A stretch of 64,000 nucleotides of DNA. It comes from a virus. The notes beneath the pieces are model-generated. The model saw nothing but the letters and a program-made list of their open reading frames with translations, had not been told where the DNA came from and made no database searches. Both the position numbers and the translations under genes were made by a program. Location: IMG/VR virus record IMGVR_UViG_3300045988_118194, positions 1 to 64,000 of that record. One strand, given 5' to 3'. Within the stretch, counting starts at the first letter, position 1. Each line of letters opens with the position of its first letter. Positions 17,853-27,083 of the stretch are shown here, in pieces.

Positions 17853-17868
17853 TTCCTGCCGGCAGGAA
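17853..17868. promoter_or_regulatory. 16-bp perfect palindrome TTCCTGCCGGCAGGAA (candidate protein-binding site)
   Basis: Seen directly in the intergenic region between the flotillin gene and the next ORF. Confidence 0.3.
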
Positions 17869-17998
17869 CAGTGCTTTACTAATTACGATATTTTTAACAT
17901 GGATTTTGGACAAGATTTAGAACCAGAAGAACTGACCAAGCATTATGATCAGTGTTATGGAATTGATTTTGAAACAGAAGAAGAGGAGGACGAAGAGT

Positions 17999-18304
17999 AT
18001 GACTGACGAGGAATTTGTATTGGATAATAAGAAAAAGGTTGTTGTAAGAAAAAGAATATCTTATTTAAACAAAGGAGATAAAGTATGGATTGTGTCTTCC
18101 GACGGGTATCTGCTACACACGGACGTAGTTAGAGCCGAACGCGGACGGTCTTATGTGGATATAGACGGGATTCTGTATTGGAAGCGAGGATTAGATGGTA
18201 AGCATCGTAATCGTAATAACTACATGCAGTTTGCCATGACACCAGAAGACGGTAAGAAGTATGTCGTATATTACCCGGAAGGATTTAAAGACAATGACTT
18301 ATGA
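17999..18304 (+). CDS. hypothetical protein (track ORF 17945..18304; first ATG 17999)
   Basis: ORF. Confidence 0.4.
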   Translation: MTDEEFVLDNKKKVVVRKRISYLNKGDKVWIVSSDGYLLHTDVVRAERGRSYVDIDGILYWKRGLDGKHRNRNNYMQFAMTPEDGKKYVVYYPEGFKDNDL

Positions 18305-19320
18305 TGGTCCCGGAAACACATTTGCTATATAAGGAGTTTAATGGTGTGAAACGTCTTGCCATATCTTATTCCCAGATAGATACGTTTCTTACTTGTCCAA
18401 TGAAATGGTATAAGACTTACGTAGAGGGCAAAAGGTCTACGGAAAAACAAGAAGCTACGTCTTATGGTACGGTTATCCATAAGACACTGGAATACTTCTT
18501 TAAGAACGGAAGACAGCCTTCTGGTAAAGACCTTGGAGAAGCGATAAGTTACTATTCCTATCAAGAAGACATACCTTGGCAATCACCAGAAAATATGATG
18601 ATAGCCATGAAACAATCTGGGGAGCTTCTTGCTTGGATTGTGGATCTGTTCAAAAAAGACGGCAATAGGTTTATGATAGCTGATAGTGATCTTAATCCCT
18701 GTGAGAAACTTATCAGACACGGTGCTATAGTTGGAGTAGAAGAAGATTTTGTGCTGCCGTATCGTCTTCCTAAGCCTGTTGATATAAATGGTGACGTTCA
18801 TACACATGTGTACATAGTAGGATCAGTAGACCTTCATCTGGCTATAAAGAGCAAAGGGGTGATCCATCATTATGTCATAGATTGGAAATCAGGTAATAAA
18901 ATTTTTGATTCTAAAAAGCTGGAAACAAATTTACAGCATCCTATATATTCGTTTTACATCTATAGAAGATATGGTGGGGTTCTACCAGATATGAACATCT
19001 ATTTCTTTACCAGGACCAGGCAGTACCAAAAGGTTAAGGTGGATGAGGAACGTAAAACAAAATCTATAGAAATGCTAAATGACACTTTATCTAAAATGTA
19101 TGATTTTGAAGATAATAGTGTAAAATCATTTCAAGCGTACATCCAGGGAGCAGAAGGAGCCAGGTATAGCAAGCGGCGTGCCACCCTAAGCCAGCCTGTT
19201 TCGCAAAACAAGCTACCCTGCCCGTCAGCACTGTGTTATTATTGCGACTTTGGATTACATAACAAAAACGAATGCCCTTTCTCTTCGGATTGGGATCCGT
19301 CTAAAAAGATAAAACGATGA
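18301..19320 (+). CDS. PD-(D/E)XK nuclease, Cas4/RecB-like, with Fe-S-type cysteines
   Basis: N-terminal Cys (TCPMKWY). GTVIHKTLE (motif I). GSVDLHLAI (motif II). VIDWKSG (motif III, D-x-K). QHPIY (QxxxY). C-terminal CPSALCYYCDFGLHNKNEC cysteine cluster. Confidence 0.6.
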   Translation: MMVPETHLLYKEFNGVKRLAISYSQIDTFLTCPMKWYKTYVEGKRSTEKQEATSYGTVIHKTLEYFFKNGRQPSGKDLGEAISYYSYQEDIPWQSPENMMIAMKQSGELLAWIVDLFKKDGNRFMIADSDLNPCEKLIRHGAIVGVEEDFVLPYRLPKPVDINGDVHTHVYIVGSVDLHLAIKSKGVIHHYVIDWKSGNKIFDSKKLETNLQHPIYSFYIYRRYGGVLPDMNIYFFTRTRQYQKVKVDEERKTKSIEMLNDTLSKMYDFEDNSVKSFQAYIQGAEGARYSKRRATLSQPVSQNKLPCPSALCYYCDFGLHNKNECPFSSDWDPSKKIKR

Positions 19321-19490
19321 AATACGATGATGTTCAAAAGTTAAGAACAAAATACCGGCAAGATCCGGAAGTTATAAACTTGACATACATGAGAGACGTT
19401 GCTGTACGATGCGGGAATTTCAAGAAAGCGTTTGAGCTTCAGGAGAAGCTGGAGGATATATGGTTTAACTACTTAAAGGGAGTCCAATGA
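19317..19490 (+). CDS. unlisted small ORF (57 aa), start/stop-coupled to both neighbours
   Basis: ATG at 19317 overlaps the upstream TGA as ATGA. Its TGA overlaps the next ATG (19487) as ATGA. Below the 60-aa track threshold. Confidence 0.3.
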   Translation: MKYDDVQKLRTKYRQDPEVINLTYMRDVAVRCGNFKKAFELQEKLEDIWFNYLKGVQ

Positions 19491-19816
19491 AAGAAGATCT
19501 AATATGTGGAGTAGCGATCCTTTTGTATTTAGTTTTATTATACTTGCTCACGACAGCTTTCATAAAAACAGGTAGAGCAGTAGATCGTTATAAGATGAAG
19601 AAGAAAACTGACAAAATCAAAGTAGGTCAAAGATACGAACATAAGAACTACTTTGAGGATCCATTTGAAAGAGGCAAGCATGTGATTAAGATATTAGACA
19701 TAAAAGAAGGGTACGCTCTATATGAGTACGAAGAAAAACTATATATACGTTCTTCTGTGAGTCTTGAAGATATTGTTAAAAGATATGTTTTAATTACTGA
19801 TGTTAAACACAAGTAA
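19487..19816 (+). CDS. small membrane protein (single N-terminal TM helix)
   Basis: VAILLYLVLLYLLTTAFI hydrophobic helix, then a basic region. Confidence 0.35.
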   Translation: MKEDLICGVAILLYLVLLYLLTTAFIKTGRAVDRYKMKKKTDKIKVGQRYEHKNYFEDPFERGKHVIKILDIKEGYALYEYEEKLYIRSSVSLEDIVKRYVLITDVKHK

Positions 19817-19819
19817 GTC

Positions 19820-20197
19820 ATGAAAAAAGAAGTTACAATCAAGGAAGATATGGTTGCGTTTTATAAAAATGCAGGAAAGGAACTATGGATTTATAACGGA
19901 CTTTTTAGAAACAAGGTATTGTCTATAAAAAAAGATAAAGCCATTATCATGTGTGAAACTGATGCTGAATATGCTGTACTGATAGAAGATAATCAGTTTA
20001 TTGCCGTAGCAAAAAACATGGATTATGATTACTGCTGCGCATTCACATTAGGTAATGCCGAGGCTTATGGGGATCGTATGGGCATATCGTGCAGTGTATG
20101 CTTGCTTGAAGATAACGAAGATAAAGCAAGGGAGATGTTGAAAGAGGCGATAATAGAACTTTCAAAAAACAGTAAAATAGATTGCGATGGGCTTTGA
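19820..20197 (+). CDS. hypothetical protein (125 aa)
   Basis: ORF. Confidence 0.4.
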   Translation: MKKEVTIKEDMVAFYKNAGKELWIYNGLFRNKVLSIKKDKAIIMCETDAEYAVLIEDNQFIAVAKNMDYDYCCAFTLGNAEAYGDRMGISCSVCLLEDNEDKAREMLKEAIIELSKNSKIDCDGL

Positions 20198-21608
20198 ACT
20201 TAGACCTTACCAAAAAGAGGCAGTAGATGCCGGGCTTAAGTTCCTTACAGGAAGATCTAAGAAGCCTGGCATAGAAGTCTTGCCGTGTGCAGCGGGGAAG
20301 TCTTTGATAATTAGCAAGATAGCTCATGAATTAAAAAGACCTATCCTTGTATTACAGCCATCTAAAGAGATTCTGGAGCAGAATTATGCGAAGGCTGTAT
20401 CATTCGGTTCTAAACCTACCATATATTCTGCTTCATGTAAAAAAAAAGAGTTATCGGCTATGACTTATGCTACACTTAAAAGCATAAAGAAAGACGTAGC
20501 AAGGTTGAAAGATATAGGGATAGACACATTATTGATAGATGAGGTGCATAGCGGGTATTCTCCTGAAGAAGGTTCTGAATTTATGGAGTTTATGAACAGG
20601 TTCCCAGAGGCGAAGGTGCTGGGCTTCACCGCCACTCCCTGCCGCCTCCGAACCTACAGTTCCATGCTGGAAGGAAACTACAGCAAGCTCAATATGCTGA
20701 CGAAAGACGAGCATAATTTCTTCAAGAAAATAGTTCATGTGACTCAAATACAAGAATTAACTTCTCAAGGGTTTTGGTGTCCACTTAAGTACGAACGATG
20801 GTCTTTTGATGAATCGGCTCTGATGTTGAACAGCACCGGAGCTGAATACACCAACGAATCTATTAAAGAAAGTATTGTACGAAATGGCTTAAACAACTCT
20901 ATCTACAAGCGCCTTCTTCAACTTATGAACGAACGTAAAGCCATTTTGGTTTGCATGGATTCTATTGAATCATGTAATAGAATATCAGAGTTCATGAATG
21001 CCAAGATGGGAGCCATAACCGGTGTCGTAACATCGCTAACAACCAAAAAGAAAAGAGAGCAAATTATATCCGATTTCAAAGAAGGAAAGTTGAAGGTGGT
21101 TTTTAATTATTCAACGCTTGCTACCGGATTTGATTTTCCTGAACTTGATTGTGTGATGTTTGGTCGCCCAACATTCTCATATTCAACATATTACCAAATA
21201 TTAGGCCGCGCCGTCCGCATCCATCCTGACAAGAAAGAGGCGCTGATAGTTGATTGCTGCGACAACATGAGGCGTTTCGGTCGGATAGAAGACTTGACAA
21301 TCGAACAATTCCCTTCTAAGGGCTGGTGTATGTTTGCCGGAGATCAACTTCTGTCCAATATAAGGATGGGTGATATTATTACCAAAGACGAGATCCTTCG
21401 CCGGGCAGCCTCGCTTAAATCTGTGAATGGAGATGGTAGGAGAGAAGACGATCTTGACAGTATAATAATGTGGTTTGGAAAATATGAAGGAATTAGATTC
21501 AAGGACATACCGGTGTCGTATTTTAGGTTCTTGGCTGAGAATATGGCAGTAAAACCAGGAGATAGAAAAGAAAAGATTATCGAATATTATAATAGAATAA
21601 AAGCATGA
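20187..21608 (+). CDS. SF2 DEAH-like DNA/RNA helicase (UvsW/Rad25-like)
   Basis: Q-motif-like RPYQ. Motif I PCAAGKSL. Motif II LLIDEVHS. Motif III FTATPCR. C-terminal helicase domain with QILGRAVR (motif VI-like). Confidence 0.7.
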   Translation: MGFELRPYQKEAVDAGLKFLTGRSKKPGIEVLPCAAGKSLIISKIAHELKRPILVLQPSKEILEQNYAKAVSFGSKPTIYSASCKKKELSAMTYATLKSIKKDVARLKDIGIDTLLIDEVHSGYSPEEGSEFMEFMNRFPEAKVLGFTATPCRLRTYSSMLEGNYSKLNMLTKDEHNFFKKIVHVTQIQELTSQGFWCPLKYERWSFDESALMLNSTGAEYTNESIKESIVRNGLNNSIYKRLLQLMNERKAILVCMDSIESCNRISEFMNAKMGAITGVVTSLTTKKKREQIISDFKEGKLKVVFNYSTLATGFDFPELDCVMFGRPTFSYSTYYQILGRAVRIHPDKKEALIVDCCDNMRRFGRIEDLTIEQFPSKGWCMFAGDQLLSNIRMGDIITKDEILRRAASLKSVNGDGRREDDLDSIIMWFGKYEGIRFKDIPVSYFRFLAENMAVKPGDRKEKIIEYYNRIKA

Positions 21609-21961
21609 ACGACAAGAGAAGAAAAAAAATATTGGGTGTTATTAAAAACGTAGATAAGTATAAAACAGATTTTGAATACATCAAATCAAAGTTATCGGAG
21701 TTGAAGTATAACATAAATTCAGCCAAAGATGATGTTGATATGATTTTAGACGAAGAGACTGAGGCGAGAGATAATATACCGGAATCGTTACAAGACTCAG
21801 AAAAATATTGGGAATCAGATCAGGCTGTAGCTGATATGGAAGAGGTGGTTGATGACATGGAAGGCATTATAAACGATTTAGATGATGTGATTTCAACCAT
21901 AGATGGGAGCATTAAAACTATAAATGGTTCTATTAAAGTAAATTTGGAAGGAATAATATAA
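21605..21961 (+). CDS. hypothetical acidic coiled-coil protein (118 aa)
   Basis: ORF with ATGA overlap. Confidence 0.35.
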   Translation: MNDKRRKKILGVIKNVDKYKTDFEYIKSKLSELKYNINSAKDDVDMILDEETEARDNIPESLQDSEKYWESDQAVADMEEVVDDMEGIINDLDDVISTIDGSIKTINGSIKVNLEGII

Positions 21962-22267
21962 ATGGAAACAAGTGAATTAAGGGAAATACTTAAATTGTAT
22001 GGTCTTCAACATGATGTTGTTATCAACAAAAGTTCAAGAAGGTATTCTATTATCTTAGATAATAACATAATAGGAACCGATCACGCTGAAGAGAGGGTGG
22101 TTGTGTTCCGTCCTATACCGGAAGGGAAAAACACATTCTGCATGGAGCGAGATAGGTTCTACACGGAGTTTGAAGAAGCTTTTGATGACGATAAAGCCAT
22201 AGAAGCCGTAAGACAATATTTTGAAAACAATAAAACAGAAAGTCATGAACGAAAACGAAATATTTAG
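21962..22267 (+). CDS. hypothetical protein (101 aa)
   Basis: ORF. Confidence 0.35.
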   Translation: METSELREILKLYGLQHDVVINKSSRRYSIILDNNIIGTDHAEERVVVFRPIPEGKNTFCMERDRFYTEFEEAFDDDKAIEAVRQYFENNKTESHERKRNI

Positions 22268-22592
22268 GTTGAAGGGCAGAATAGCCATATCTAACCTATC
22301 ACGTGAGGATAAGAACATGATAAATAGCATCCTTGATGGTGTCAACAAAAAGGATGAAGAGGAAAAAGGATATGTCTATACCGTGAGAGTAAAACTAAAC
22401 AACGGAAAGGTTGTATATGCTACTTTATTTTTTAAAAACAAGACAGGTTCCACATTTGAAGAATTAAAGAAGGAGCTTGATGATATGGGAGTTAAAGATG
22501 ATGATTATAGCAATAACGGCATAATTATCATTAACCGCATTGTTATGAGCGGAGAAGAATTTGATCGCTTTATAGGCGAAGAAGAAAAATAA
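22221..22592 (+). CDS. hypothetical protein (123 aa)
   Basis: ORF. Confidence 0.35.
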   Translation: MKTIKQKVMNENEIFRLKGRIAISNLSREDKNMINSILDGVNKKDEEEKGYVYTVRVKLNNGKVVYATLFFKNKTGSTFEELKKELDDMGVKDDDYSNNGIIIINRIVMSGEEFDRFIGEEEK

Positions 22593-22636
22593 TGGACTAT
22601 ATCATTATACTAATTGATTAAAACAACGATAAAACG

Positions 22637-23179
22637 ATGGAAAAAATGGACAATAATGCTAAAAACATCCTTTATCCAAAAGGATCTATTTTTCAAACAC
22701 TGAAAGATGATAAGATAGATAAAAACACTATAATATACAAAGGATCTTTAGTGACTTCAGCAACAAACATAAAAGAAAATGACAAGTTTGCTGAAGTTTA
22801 TTACAATGGAGACGCAATTATTATAGAAACAGACATTATGGAACTTATTCGTGTAGGAGATCCAGAAAAAAGTACTTCAATAAAATCAGTGAAAAATGAC
22901 ATCATTGACGACAAACTACGATGGGATTTGCTTCCGATGGAAGAAATTGAGGACATTGTAAAAGTCTATCATGCCGGAGCCAAAAAATATGGGTCTAATA
23001 ATTGGCAGAATCTTGACAACGGATTTGAGCGGTATCGAGCTGCAATGTTTCGACACCTGATGGAATACATGAAAGGGGAAAGAGTGGATAAAGAGACGAA
23101 TGTACACCATTTAGCTGCGGCTGCATGGAATGTGATAACTATGTTGTGGTATGATAAACACGGGAAAGGATTAATATAA
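22637..23179 (+). CDS. protein with a dATP/dGTP-diphosphohydrolase-like (DUF5664-like) domain
   Basis: RWDLLPMEEIEDIVKVYHAGAKKYGSNNWQNL...RYRAAMFRHL...HHLAAAAWNVITMLWY resembles the phage dATP/dGTP pyrophosphohydrolase N-domain pattern. Recalled from memory, not searched. Confidence 0.4.
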   Translation: MEKMDNNAKNILYPKGSIFQTLKDDKIDKNTIIYKGSLVTSATNIKENDKFAEVYYNGDAIIIETDIMELIRVGDPEKSTSIKSVKNDIIDDKLRWDLLPMEEIEDIVKVYHAGAKKYGSNNWQNLDNGFERYRAAMFRHLMEYMKGERVDKETNVHHLAAAAWNVITMLWYDKHGKGLI

Positions 23180-23193
23180 AAAGCGAAATAACA

Positions 23194-23823
23194 ATGGAAG
23201 AAAAATGGGCTGATATTGACGGATATGACGGATACCAAGTAAGCAATATGGGTAATATTAGAAGTCTGAAAAGCATGAAAATATTAAAACAGCAAGAAAA
23301 AGAAAATGGATATAATACTGTGTCTTTAAGAAGAGAGGGGGTGTTAAAACAACTCTATGTACATAGGCTTGTAGCATTGGCATTTTGTGAAAAAGAAGAA
23401 TGGAAAAATCATGTTGATCATATAAATTGCATAAGAAATGACAATCGAAGCGACAATTTAAGATGGTGCACTCCAAAAGAGAATTGTAATTTTCCACAAA
23501 CAAGAATAAACGCCTCTAAATCTTTAAAATTAGCAATGAATAGAGAGGATGTTAAAGAGAAACTTGCAAATTCGATGAAAGACGTTTTTAGCAGAAGAAA
23601 TGTAAAAGAAAAGATGTCGAAAGCATCAATATTGAATCATGAAAATGGATTATACGATCACTTAAAAAAAGAAGTTTTAAAATTAGATAAAGAGGGGAAT
23701 GTTTTAAAGAACTACGAATCGGTGTCATCTGTTGCAAATGACGGATATGATCCAAGTTTTGTATCAAAGGTATGTAGAGGCGATAAGTCCATAGCTTATG
23801 GATATATATGGAGATTTAAATAA
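23194..23823 (+). CDS. HNH homing endonuclease (NUMOD4 plus HNH_3 plus C-terminal NUMOD-like repeats)
   Basis: WADIDGYDGYQVSNMGNIRS (NUMOD4). YVHRLVALAF...HVDHINCIRNDNRSDNLRWCTPKENC (HNH). Repeated KEK-rich helix motifs at the C-terminus. Confidence 0.75.
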   Translation: MEEKWADIDGYDGYQVSNMGNIRSLKSMKILKQQEKENGYNTVSLRREGVLKQLYVHRLVALAFCEKEEWKNHVDHINCIRNDNRSDNLRWCTPKENCNFPQTRINASKSLKLAMNREDVKEKLANSMKDVFSRRNVKEKMSKASILNHENGLYDHLKKEVLKLDKEGNVLKNYESVSSVANDGYDPSFVSKVCRGDKSIAYGYIWRFK

Positions 23824-23907
23824 TAACATAATTAGGTGCTTGTCGTCAATAAGCACTTTGATGAATAACAAAACCATTCACATCATAAATTATAAGGAGG
23901 AAAAGAA

Positions 23908-24216
23908 ATGACAACAGAACAACTAAATTATTTATTAAGAGAAGAGCTTTATGCTATAAAAAACCATAAAGACAATATTGATAGAATCAAAAAAGAATAT
24001 TTTGATTCCAATTATGGGTTAAAAGAAGGAGATAAGATCCGTATTTTACACGAAACAGGAGATGAAATGATAGGCTTCTTGAAAAAAGTTGAAGTATGTG
24101 AAGACGGAGATCTGTACTTGACAATCCAAAAACAAAACGAAAAAGGTGACAGAGGCAGAAGAACATGGAATATGTATCTATCATCAAAATCAATTAAAAT
24201 TGAAAAATGTGTATAA
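23908..24216 (+). CDS. hypothetical protein (102 aa)
   Basis: ORF. RBS-like AGGAGG upstream. Confidence 0.35.
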   Translation: MTTEQLNYLLREELYAIKNHKDNIDRIKKEYFDSNYGLKEGDKIRILHETGDEMIGFLKKVEVCEDGDLYLTIQKQNEKGDRGRRTWNMYLSSKSIKIEKCV

Positions 24217-24220
24217 TGCC

Positions 24221-25420
24221 ATGAGAGTGTTAAGTTTATTTGACGGAATGTCATGTGGTCAAATAGCGTTAAAAGAAATAGGGATCACACCTGAAGTATA
24301 TTATGCATCAGAAATAGATAAGTTTGCTATTAAACAAACGCAATTAAATTTCCCTCAAACGCAATTAAATTTCCCTAATACTATACAAGTAGGAGATGTA
24401 AGGGATTTGAATGTAGAAGATCTTGGACACATAGATCTTATTTTAGCCGGCAGCCCATGTACGGATATGTCCTTTTCTGGAAAAAGAAAAGGGTTGTCTA
24501 CCGTAGAAGGAATAGAAATCAAATCACTTAATGAGTATCTTGAATTAAAAAAACAAGGATTTGAGTTTGCCGGTCAGTCTTACTTATTCTGGGAGTTTAT
24601 TCGTATTTTGAATGATGTAAGAAAAACTAATCCTGATGTGTTGTTTCTTCTTGAGAACGTTAAGATGGGAAAGAAATGGGAGCCGGTATTTGATGATGCT
24701 ATAGGGTGTAAAGGCAATCATATTAATTCAGCACTTGTTTCCGCTCAAGTCAGGAAACGTATTTATTGGACTAATATTCAAGGCGGCATTATCCCTCAAC
24801 CTAAAGACAAAGGTTTGACTATAAGTGATATAGCGGAATATGAAGTAGATGAAAAATATTACTTATCTGAAAAAGTTTTAAACAATTTAGCTTTTCACTT
24901 AAAAAGAAATCACGACAAGGGAAATTGTTATGGAGCTAATATTAAAACAAAAGATGAAAAATCCAATACTGTTACCGTAAAGGGTAAATACATGTACGAT
25001 CTTATTTGTGTAGCAATGAGAGGCAGGAATCCAGAAAAACCTACATGTAGAGAATCTGGTCTTAAAACAGTTCAGATGATTGAATTTAAAAACGATGGAA
25101 AATCCAATTGTCTCACAACAGTTCAGAAAGATAATCTTATTTTTCAAATACCAAGAGGATTTAACAAAAGTGGATTTCATGAAGATAAGGCTCCAACATT
25201 ATCTTGTAATTCATATGATAGAAACAATTTTATCATACAGAGAGCATTACATGGCGATTTCAGAATAAGAAGATTAACCCCTACAGAGTGCTCCAGGTTA
25301 CAGACTGTACCAAATTGGTATAAATGGGAATGCAGCGAAACCCAACAGTACAAGATGTTGGGAAACGGGTGGACTATTAAAGTTATTGAACATATACTTA
25401 AAAGAATAAAAGAATCATGA
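24221..25420 (+). CDS. C5-cytosine DNA methyltransferase (orphan; no adjacent restriction enzyme recognised)
   Basis: Motif I LSLFDGMSCG. Motif IV GSPCTDMS. Motif VI ENV (LLENVKMG). C-terminal target-recognition/motif IX-X region. The track ORF begins at 24146; the first ATG giving motif I near the N-terminus is at 24221. Confidence 0.8.
   Translation: MRVLSLFDGMSCGQIALKEIGITPEVYYASEIDKFAIKQTQLNFPQTQLNFPNTIQVGDVRDLNVEDLGHIDLILAGSPCTDMSFSGKRKGLSTVEGIEIKSLNEYLELKKQGFEFAGQSYLFWEFIRILNDVRKTNPDVLFLLENVKMGKKWEPVFDDAIGCKGNHINSALVSAQVRKRIYWTNIQGGIIPQPKDKGLTISDIAEYEVDEKYYLSEKVLNNLAFHLKRNHDKGNCYGANIKTKDEKSNTVTVKGKYMYDLICVAMRGRNPEKPTCRESGLKTVQMIEFKNDGKSNCLTTVQKDNLIFQIPRGFNKSGFHEDKAPTLSCNSYDRNNFIIQRALHGDFRIRRLTPTECSRLQTVPNWYKWECSETQQYKMLGNGWTIKVIEHILKRIKES
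24335..24376 (+). repeat. perfect 21-bp tandem duplication (caaacgcaattaaatttccct x2) inside the methyltransferase gene
   Basis: Direct inspection. It encodes an in-frame QTQLNFP-QTQLNFP duplication between MTase motifs I and IV. Confidence 0.9.
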
Positions 25421-25947
25421 TTAGAGCAAGATTTTACATTAAAAAATCCGACTGCGGTAACGACTACCGTCCAGTCAAATGGCCTATAAAATATCCATAT
25501 TGGTGTAGTGCAGAATCCAGTAATTCATTTGTATTGGTGGCGTATGCTGAAGATGAAGACAGCATAAAAGAACTGTGGCCGGAGGCGTATGATATTAATG
25601 TCTTAGAGAAAGATACCGAAATTAGATTCACATTAAGATTTCCTAAACCAGAATGGTATGAATTGTACGAAAGGGAATTAGAAGAATGTGATAGGTTTAT
25701 ATGGATTACAGATGCGTGCATGAGAGACGGTGTAATAAGAAAAGTAAAAGCTAAAATAGAAGAGTATGGTGGTCTTTTGTTAGCCGACATTCCTGATAGG
25801 ATCACTCCTTATGAAATAGGAAGGGATGCTTTTGAGAGCAAAGAAGAAGCTTTAAAACATGCAGAGAAACGGAGAACGTACCTGATCGAGTCTACTAAGA
25901 AACAATTGAATGAACTTGAAAATCTAAAATTTAAATGCGATGATTAA
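25417..25947 (+). CDS. hypothetical protein (176 aa)
   Basis: ORF with ATGA overlap. Confidence 0.4.
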   Translation: MIRARFYIKKSDCGNDYRPVKWPIKYPYWCSAESSNSFVLVAYAEDEDSIKELWPEAYDINVLEKDTEIRFTLRFPKPEWYELYERELEECDRFIWITDACMRDGVIRKVKAKIEEYGGLLLADIPDRITPYEIGRDAFESKEEALKHAEKRRTYLIESTKKQLNELENLKFKCDD

Positions 25948-26653
25948 CTACGCGGCAAAAGCCAGAAAAGCTTATTTGATAAACAATTTCGATAAGATTC
26001 TTAACAGTCTCAACACGCTTCATTCAACGGTTGAAACCATGACGTTGTTCGTAAACGACCAGGCTTATAATTACATTCTTAAGCTAAAGGAAGTAATTAA
26101 AACCAGTCCTATGTATAAGCACAATATCAAGCGTCTTTTAAATGATATGGACAAAGAGATAAAGAGGTACAATGCTTCTATCTACTACATAAATAAAGAG
26201 CGTAGTGAGGTTATAGCTGATATAACACAAGCGATGGAAGATTGCCTCATGCCATACATAGACGACCTGGCCGGCGCTATAAGGGCAGCCGTGTGGTCGA
26301 AGGGTGTGTCTGAGGAGCGGACGGAAGCGGCGGTACTGGCCCTTATCGTGTCTTCCTTGGCTCTGACATCCAGCAGACTTATTTCAGGTGGATATCAGAT
26401 TATGAAAGAAATGGGTGGAGGTCAAGGAGGTAACCCGTTTACGTTTATGAGCATTGATAAGATAAGATACTTATCTACATTATTATCTGATGCTATTACC
26501 GGTGGAGAAATAGCTCTTGAAGAAAAAGAAGCCAATGACATAACTAAGGCAATGGATGTTTTTATTGAGAAAATGTCTGATTCGGATATTGTTGACAAGG
26601 TGATCAGCATACTCGAAGAGGCAGAACCTAAAAACAAGGAGGAACGATCATGA
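25940..26653 (+). CDS. hypothetical protein (237 aa)
   Basis: ORF. Confidence 0.4.
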   Translation: MINYAAKARKAYLINNFDKILNSLNTLHSTVETMTLFVNDQAYNYILKLKEVIKTSPMYKHNIKRLLNDMDKEIKRYNASIYYINKERSEVIADITQAMEDCLMPYIDDLAGAIRAAVWSKGVSEERTEAAVLALIVSSLALTSSRLISGGYQIMKEMGGGQGGNPFTFMSIDKIRYLSTLLSDAITGGEIALEEKEANDITKAMDVFIEKMSDSDIVDKVISILEEAEPKNKEERS

Positions 26654-26841
26654 ATTACTTAGATGGGTACGTAGAAGAGGTTCTTTCTGAGCCGTACTAT
26701 GATGATTACGGCTCTGGGATTTTTAGGTGGTGGGTGAAAGTATCTTACGTTTGTGAAGGCATAGGAGCTGTCACTACCTTAATGTTTGATACGAGAGAAG
26801 AAGCAGAGGCCGTAAAACCAGGTTACAAATTTTTATGCTGA
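26650..26841 (+). CDS. small protein sharing a V-x-Y-x2-EGIG-x-V motif with the C-terminus of ORF 27084..27572
   Basis: VKVSYVCEGIGAVTTLMFDTREEAEAV versus VVGYIVEGIGLVFTDREGHEV. Confidence 0.35.
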   Translation: MNYLDGYVEEVLSEPYYDDYGSGIFRWWVKVSYVCEGIGAVTTLMFDTREEAEAVKPGYKFLC

Positions 26842-26848
26842 AAATAAT

Positions 26849-27082
26849 ATGAGGTATTTTGTTTTATTGATGGCACTTGTGTTATCATCATGTTCGCATG
26901 ATATTCGGGTTAATGACGGATGGGTTATATATGATCTACGTCCTTTAGATGGTGGATGTATAATGTATTATGGTGAAGACGGAAGATTTTCAATATTTAA
27001 CAGTAATAGATTTATAAAATTCGTTGGATACCAAGGGGAATACAATATCGGAGATTCTATTAAGATCGTAAAAGTGAAATAA
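26849..27082 (+). CDS. small predicted lipoprotein
   Basis: Signal peptide MRYFVLLMALVLSSC with a lipobox-like LSSC. Confidence 0.4.
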   Translation: MRYFVLLMALVLSSCSHDIRVNDGWVIYDLRPLDGGCIMYYGEDGRFSIFNSNRFIKFVGYQGEYNIGDSIKIVKVK

Positions 27083-27083
27083 T

